Shown here: positions 58,545-64,000 of the stretch, piece by piece
Numbering within the stretch: position 1 is the stretch's first letter
How the letters are laid out: the number at the start of each line of letters is the position of its first letter
Virus record (IMG/VR): IMGVR_UViG_3300028025_000092
Origin: a virus
Direction: 5' to 3' (one strand)
Length of the DNA stretch: 64,000 nucleotides
Made by a program: the position numbers and the translations under genes
The notes under the pieces: generated by a model
Seen by the model: the letters and a program-made list of their open reading frames with translations, nothing else
The model's database searches: none
Told to the model about the DNA's origin: nothing

Positions 58545-58592
58545 CCCCTTTAATTATCTTCTCCTAATATTTATAAATATATAAGGGAGATA

Positions 58593-58964
58593 ATGATCAA
58601 AATTTCGGACATATACCCAAGAAATCCTGATGATCCGCTTTACGTACCAAATAAGCTGGAGACCGACGATGTCGTAGAATCCACTATAGGTATGATTAAG
58701 CAGATTATGCTAACCAAGCCAGGCTCTGTTCTTGGAGATCCATTTTTTGGTATAGATCTTGAATCACTTATATTTGATTTTGACGTTTCCCAATCAGAGC
58801 TAGAAGAGGCAATAAGCTTACAACTTTATACCTATTGTACATTTGCTAGGGGAATATTAAAAGTAGATTTTAAGATTGGATTCTACCAGGGAGACACCCG
58901 AGATAGCTGTGTTATTGAATTTGGAATCAAAGGAAACCCGGTATTAGGAATAAAGGTAATTTAA
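58593..58964 (+). CDS. Baseplate gp25-like protein
   Basis: IMLTKPGSVLGDPFFGIDLESLIF. Confidence 0.8.
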   Translation: MIKISDIYPRNPDDPLYVPNKLETDDVVESTIGMIKQIMLTKPGSVLGDPFFGIDLESLIFDFDVSQSELEEAISLQLYTYCTFARGILKVDFKIGFYQGDTRDSCVIEFGIKGNPVLGIKVI

Positions 58965-58968
58965 AAAA

Positions 58969-60693
58969 ATGGATTTATTTAAAAAAAATCGGGCCAGAAT
59001 ACAAGATCTATTACAAGATACCCTGGACCTTATACAAAGAAGATACAATCAGGCAAACCAGTTATTTACTGTGGCTTCTGCCTGGGGTCAGATTTTATTT
59101 GTTTTACAAAACCTTTCCCAGCTTATTCTATTCTTTATAGAGGATTCAATCACTGAACTTGACATCAAGAAGGCAAGTAGAGAAAGCTCTGTTTACGGAT
59201 TAGCTGCTCTAACAGGGCATAATGCAACGAGAAGCAGTTCAGCAAGGGGACAGGTAGAAATAATATGGAACGGAATAGATTCCACAACAGTTGGTGGCGG
59301 GGCAATCCTAATTCCTAGATATGCTTCTATAAAATTCCAAAACGGAGGTACCGGATATCTCCTAAACCTACCACAGGATTTTGCTAGAATTAATCTCAAT
59401 TCTACATCTAAAATAACATGTGAGATTATAGAGGGAAGCATAAGATCTACAGTTTTCACAGGTAACGGAACTGTACTTCAAAGCTATAACGTTTCTGATA
59501 GGGTAACTTCCGCTATAGATAATTTTGAGGTTAAGGTTTTTGTTAACAGCGAGGAATGGAAAGTTTATGATTCCTTGTATGATATACCATTCAATTACAA
59601 AGGATGTCTGGTAAAAACCGGAATAAGCAGTGGTATAGATGTTATATTCGGAAATTTAAACTTTGGAAGAATTCCTACGCTTGGTTCAACCATTACTGTA
59701 CAATATGTCGAAACCCTAGGAACTGGTGGTAATATTAATTCCATTGAGCCTAATAAAATACCGTTTGAATTTGATGATGATGGAACAGACGTTTATGGAA
59801 ATAATGTTTCTTTAAAGGAATATTTAAAGGTTAGCTGTATAACCCCACCACAATTAGGAATTGATAAAGAATCTATACAGTTAACAAAAATACTAGCTCC
59901 CAAAACTTCAAGGTCATATGTTCTTGCAAATCCAGATAACTATATTACATATTTTGAAAAATTTGGAACATTCTCTATAATAGAGGCATTTTCAACCTTT
60001 GATGATCAGTATTTAGACGACGATAATATTATTTATGTTTTATTAGTTCCCGATATTACACAGAAGCTAAAAACAAATGAAACATACTTTGACATCAAAG
60101 AATCCGAATTTACTCTAACCACTTTTCAAAAAGATAGATTATTAAATTCTATAGAGGAGAGTGGACAAAAAATAGTTACCACCGAAGTTAAAATACTAGA
60201 GCCTAAAATTTCTAGATACGTTATTAACGTATTAATTACAATGTTTGAGGGATATGATCCAGCAACAGTTAAGGGGCAAATGATAGATTCAATTAGTACG
60301 TACTTTATCGGAATCAGGAGAAGAGATAAAATACCAAGATCCGATCTTATTGCTATTATCGAATCTATCCCTGGTGTAGACTCAGTAACACTTTTCTTTA
60401 TTTCTCAAAAAAATGAGAACTATGCAATAAGTGTTTCATCTCTATCTGATACAGATCCTAAGAAAAAAATAGTTTTGGGTCTGGATGAATTTGGTGATAT
60501 TTCATTCGATAAGGATGAGATTGCAATAATAGCGGGTGGATGGTCAGATAGAGCTGGACTTTTCTATGATAGAGGAGCGGATTTAAACAAGCTTTCTTCT
60601 ATAAATATAGATGTTAGAAGTATAGTTCCTATTACGCATAATACGGAGATAAACCAAAGGAATAAGACCTTCATAAAAAATAGCACTCAATAA
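58969..60693 (+). CDS. Baseplate wedge protein (T4 gp6-like)
   Basis: SVYGLAALTGHN, VIFGNLNFGRIP..ITVQY..GTGGN and IESIPGVDSV. Confidence 0.82.
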   Translation: MDLFKKNRARIQDLLQDTLDLIQRRYNQANQLFTVASAWGQILFVLQNLSQLILFFIEDSITELDIKKASRESSVYGLAALTGHNATRSSSARGQVEIIWNGIDSTTVGGGAILIPRYASIKFQNGGTGYLLNLPQDFARINLNSTSKITCEIIEGSIRSTVFTGNGTVLQSYNVSDRVTSAIDNFEVKVFVNSEEWKVYDSLYDIPFNYKGCLVKTGISSGIDVIFGNLNFGRIPTLGSTITVQYVETLGTGGNINSIEPNKIPFEFDDDGTDVYGNNVSLKEYLKVSCITPPQLGIDKESIQLTKILAPKTSRSYVLANPDNYITYFEKFGTFSIIEAFSTFDDQYLDDDNIIYVLLVPDITQKLKTNETYFDIKESEFTLTTFQKDRLLNSIEESGQKIVTTEVKILEPKISRYVINVLITMFEGYDPATVKGQMIDSISTYFIGIRRRDKIPRSDLIAIIESIPGVDSVTLFFISQKNENYAISVSSLSDTDPKKKIVLGLDEFGDISFDKDEIAIIAGGWSDRAGLFYDRGADLNKLSSINIDVRSIVPITHNTEINQRNKTFIKNSTQ

Positions 60694-60947
60694 TGTTTAA
60701 TACAGAAAGAAAAAGTTATTACGAATACCTTGGATCAACCGAGGATAGAAGATCTAATACTGGATTTGACTATGAAGGGAAAATTCTTGAAAAAACTATG
60801 TCCTCTATAACACTCAGCGGGGATGCTAGCAGAAAAAACATACTAGGATCGATTGAGAAAGTTGTTTTTAGATTGGTGGAGACCACAAAGAATATTAGAA
60901 ACTTTGTAAATTATAGAGTTCCTAAAAATAATAAGTACGTTAGATAA
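60693..60947 (+). CDS. Small hypothetical protein
   Basis: Coupled by TAATG overlaps on both sides. Confidence 0.6.
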   Translation: MFNTERKSYYEYLGSTEDRRSNTGFDYEGKILEKTMSSITLSGDASRKNILGSIEKVVFRLVETTKNIRNFVNYRVPKNNKYVR

Positions 60948-63900
60948 TGAGTTATAAAAATTTACTCTTTTTTAATAAATCTGGACACCAAACAAATTTA
61001 ATCTGGAATGGTGATTTTTGGGAAGCTAGATTAATGCTACCTACGGTTTCTGTTGATCTTTTTGAAATCGAGCATTTTTTTATAGTAGAAAAATTCAAAA
61101 ATTCTCAAGGGGAGATAGTTTATGGGTATCCCCATATAACACCCGATTTATCATCTACAACATCAGCTTCTAAAATCTTCGGTTCATTCGTAGCTGGATC
61201 AAGAAAAGTTGTAACCGACGTTGAACCACTAGCATCTTATATTGGAGCTAAACTTTTTTCCACACAGTTTCCTAATGGTAACGAAATAGTAGGAGTAGAT
61301 GTTAGTGCAAAAACAATAACTCTTAATGATCCTGCAACTTATGCAGAAAGTCTAGTACCTTTAGTTTTTAATCTTTGGAAAGCATCCTTTGAAACAACAA
61401 GAAACGTTTTAGATTTTGATACATTTCCATCTTTTAAATGTGATATTGTTAAAGGAAGAGATTACATTATTACCAATATAGACCTAACCGATATTAACGA
61501 AAGTTCGGAGCATCTAATGATTCTGGGAAATGGAATCCCTAAAGACGCAAGAATAACTAGCATATCTGGAAAAAATATTTATTTAAATAAAATATGTGAG
61601 GTTTCTATTAGTAGCACCACAGTTTTTGTTTATCCAGTAGAAGAAAGAAACGACGTTTCTGATTATATCTTTCAATACGAATTACTAGAAGATCAAACCC
61701 TTGATGCTCCTGTACTAAACGTGTTACAAGATTCATATATTAAATTAGGATATGATTCTTCTGAATCAATAATTGATAACACAAGAAATACCAATCTAAT
61801 AGATTCATCAAGCGTTTCAATTAACTTAGCACTAAGATCCAACGAGGAAGGTATTTTTGGTAGAACACTTGTTATCGAAGATCTTTCTTTAGGGTATCCA
61901 AAGATTATAGCTCGTATAGAAATACACGGGGAAACTATAGGGGAAGACGAGAGATACAGAACAATGCTTGCCAACTTCGGAAGAAGACTAAACTCAGAGG
62001 ATTCTTTTATTCTGAGGGATACTGATCCCAAAGAGCCTTATACTGATTATGAAATAGTAAACGCTAAAAGAAAAGAATTACTTCTAGAGGGTCACGAGAT
62101 TTTCCCATATCTTGGATCATACAAAGGGCTAATTAATGCAATTAGATTTTTTGGATATCAGGATCTAAGAATCAAAGAATATTGGCTAAATATCAAGAAA
62201 TCAGACACTCCGGAATCTGCCTTAAAACAAAACTCGGATTTTGTTGAGAAGTTAAGGGCAGAGCCACAAAGTCAATCAACTCTAATTGGAAGCTTACTTG
62301 ACGACGAAAACTCAGGTAAATACAAACAGATTGAAATCTATGGTAAAAAAGATGATGGAACCTATGGGTTAAAATCCCCAATAGAAAATCTATTTCCTTC
62401 TTCTAGCTTTAAGAAAACATCTCTATTTGGATTATTTTATGATATCAATAAAATAGTAGAAGACGAGTTTGATCAATTCGGGTATCCTCTAGTAGAAAAT
62501 GCTTTCTTGTTTTCTCCTGACGAGGTCTTAATGAAATTGTTTGGTCTTAAGGAAAAACTAAAAAAAGATTACTTACCCCTTAATGCAAGGATAATTGATA
62601 TTACAGGAGAAGGTGTATATTTTGGTGTATACAAGACCAGAGGATGGGTAGACAACTTAAAAATAGACGAGCTAAATCAGGGTTTAGATGTAGACATAAA
62701 GGCTTTTCCTGAATATGGCTATATTGAAGATCTAAGACCGTTTGGAATAAGACCGAATAATACAATACCGTATGTTCCGTTTATTGGGACTAATCAGTCA
62801 ATTTACAAATTCAGTAACTACGGAAATACAGTACAGCCAATACCATCAAATCCTATTTTAAGACCTCAGGAATCTAAAAAGCTTGCTGATGCCATTATTA
62901 ATTTCCATGACGAAAGAAATTATCTAGGGATAGAAAAATTTAGACTTGGTGACGGTGATAGTAAAAATGGTGGCTACTTTAAACTTTCTGATGGATTAAA
63001 ATATGAAGTACCTGCAGGATTTCCTACAGTTCTTGAAGTTACCTCTTTTATATTAACGTGGGATGAGATAAACAATAAATGGGAAGGGCTAGACAGAAAC
63101 ATTTCTACATACTCAACTCAGATTGCATCATTTGGAGATATTCTAAATTATACAGGGGATACACATATTGATTCTTCCTTGAATTTTACATTTGATCTTA
63201 GTACTCTTTTTGGTACTATATTCAATGTTACACTTCCTACCGGAATAACATTTTTAAATCCAACAGCAGGTAAAGTTCAAGTTAAATTTACATCTACTGT
63301 TGACCCCGCCTGTCATTTTATTGCTGAGGTTCAGTCATATAATACTTCAACCGGTGCTTGTGTTTTAAAACTTTTAAGTGTTAAAAACGAAGGAATTCTT
63401 AGTTCGTGGGATGTTGAATTAACAAACATATCTTCAAGTAATCTGGATGTAGAATATTACGACTACTCTTTTAATCCCGATGGGTTTTATTCCTGGGATA
63501 ATTTAAGATTTGCTGGATTCTATGAAATAGAATGGACAGTAGAGAAGAAAGATGACAACCCCTTTTATTATGAATTTAGAGGCCGTTTAAGCGACTATTA
63601 TAAAATCCCAGTGGTATTACCGTACGACGGAATATACTCTGTTAAATGCAGGGTATGGGACGGATTTAATGACATATGCTCGGTATACAATGAAAATTAT
63701 ATCGAGGTAAAGAAAAGAGATATAGAACTTGCAAATGTTGCCAGATTTAGGGAGACTGAGGTTTATACATGGGAGAATACCAAGAAAGACTGGAACAGTT
63801 ATAGCTCAATGTGGCTATATCCGGTAGAGGGAACAGAGAGAATTAATATCTCTAACCAAATACTTAATTTTAGTGAATATGGAAATCAAAACAATGAAGG

Positions 63901-64000
63901 ACAAAACTGTAAGGTTCTTAAGCAATTTGGTGACACCATAGCAACGGCTCCTGCTAAATTTGGACTTCAAAAGATACCACTTTCTTCGTTTACAAGTACT
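60947..64000 (+). CDS. Large baseplate protein (gp7-like), at least 1018 aa, 3'-truncated and absent from the ORF track
   Basis: ATG at 60947 (MSYKNLLFFNK). Spot-translation in this frame gives FPYLGSYKGLINAIRFFGY (62102), LPYDGIYSVKCRVWD (about 63617) and an open end at 64000. Confidence 0.75.
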   Translation, partial: MSYKNLLFFNKSGHQTNLIWNGDFWEARLMLPTVSVDLFEIEHFFIVEKFKNSQGEIVYGYPHITPDLSSTTSASKIFGSFVAGSRKVVTDVEPLASYIGAKLFSTQFPNGNEIVGVDVSAKTITLNDPATYAESLVPLVFNLWKASFETTRNVLDFDTFPSFKCDIVKGRDYIITNIDLTDINESSEHLMILGNGIPKDARITSISGKNIYLNKICEVSISSTTVFVYPVEERNDVSDYIFQYELLEDQTLDAPVLNVLQDSYIKLGYDSSESIIDNTRNTNLIDSSSVSINLALRSNEEGIFGRTLVIEDLSLGYPKIIARIEIHGETIGEDERYRTMLANFGRRLNSEDSFILRDTDPKEPYTDYEIVNAKRKELLLEGHEIFPYLGSYKGLINAIRFFGYQDLRIKEYWLNIKKSDTPESALKQNSDFVEKLRAEPQSQSTLIGSLLDDENSGKYKQIEIYGKKDDGTYGLKSPIENLFPSSSFKKTSLFGLFYDINKIVEDEFDQFGYPLVENAFLFSPDEVLMKLFGLKEKLKKDYLPLNARIIDITGEGVYFGVYKTRGWVDNLKIDELNQGLDVDIKAFPEYGYIEDLRPFGIRPNNTIPYVPFIGTNQSIYKFSNYGNTVQPIPSNPILRPQESKKLADAIINFHDERNYLGIEKFRLGDGDSKNGGYFKLSDGLKYEVPAGFPTVLEVTSFILTWDEINNKWEGLDRNISTYSTQIASFGDILNYTGDTHIDSSLNFTFDLSTLFGTIFNVTLPTGITFLNPTAGKVQVKFTSTVDPACHFIAEVQSYNTSTGACVLKLLSVKNEGILSSWDVELTNISSSNLDVEYYDYSFNPDGFYSWDNLRFAGFYEIEWTVEKKDDNPFYYEFRGRLSDYYKIPVVLPYDGIYSVKCRVWDGFNDICSVYNENYIEVKKRDIELANVARFRETEVYTWENTKKDWNSYSSMWLYPVEGTERINISNQILNFSEYGNQNNEGQNCKVLKQFGDTIATAPAKFGLQKIPLSSFTST

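Noticed and set aside
1-64000. Stop-codon reassignment (TAG or TGA), as seen in some large phages
   Set aside because: Genes are full length under code 11, coding density is high, and TAG ends complete genes such as gmd and the fibre.
1-64000. tRNA, rRNA, introns, inteins or mobile elements
   Set aside because: Intergenic gaps are short, and I saw no cloverleaf, homing-endonuclease, intein or transposase signature by eye. A covariance-model search was not run.

Overview
This AT-rich window is from a large T4-like (myovirus) jumbo phage genome and uses the standard genetic code. The host is probably a member of the Bacteroidota. From left to right it holds: two tandem portal paralogues; a replication block (ligase, clamp loader, guanylate kinase, 5'-3' exonuclease); a Gly/Ser/Thr collagen-like fibre with an S74 chaperone; a repair block (degenerate UvsE, NEIL1-like glycosylase, 3'-5' exonuclease); and a head module (prohead protease fused to a repeat scaffold, major capsid protein, many probable internal head proteins). 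After these come a kinase plus asparagine synthetase pair, a RimK-RimB fusion beside a hyper-acidic protein, an 11-gene fucosylated-glycan biosynthesis cluster, and a baseplate/neck module interrupted by an S1-domain protein and an amidoligase-like protein. Two promoter classes can be read from the DNA: a late-type GATA(T/A)ATA motif before structural genes and the glycan cluster, and a Bacteroidota TAnnTTTG motif before DNA-metabolism operons. The best candidates for an undescribed system are (i) late-expressed virion glycosylation, with the Ser/Thr-rich fibre as a possible acceptor, and (ii) a cohort of proteins carrying T4-type capsid-targeting leaders, which includes enzymes (a RimK-RimB polyglutamate writer/eraser and a nucleotidyltransferase) that may be packaged and injected. 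All calls come from motif recognition by eye; no searches were run.
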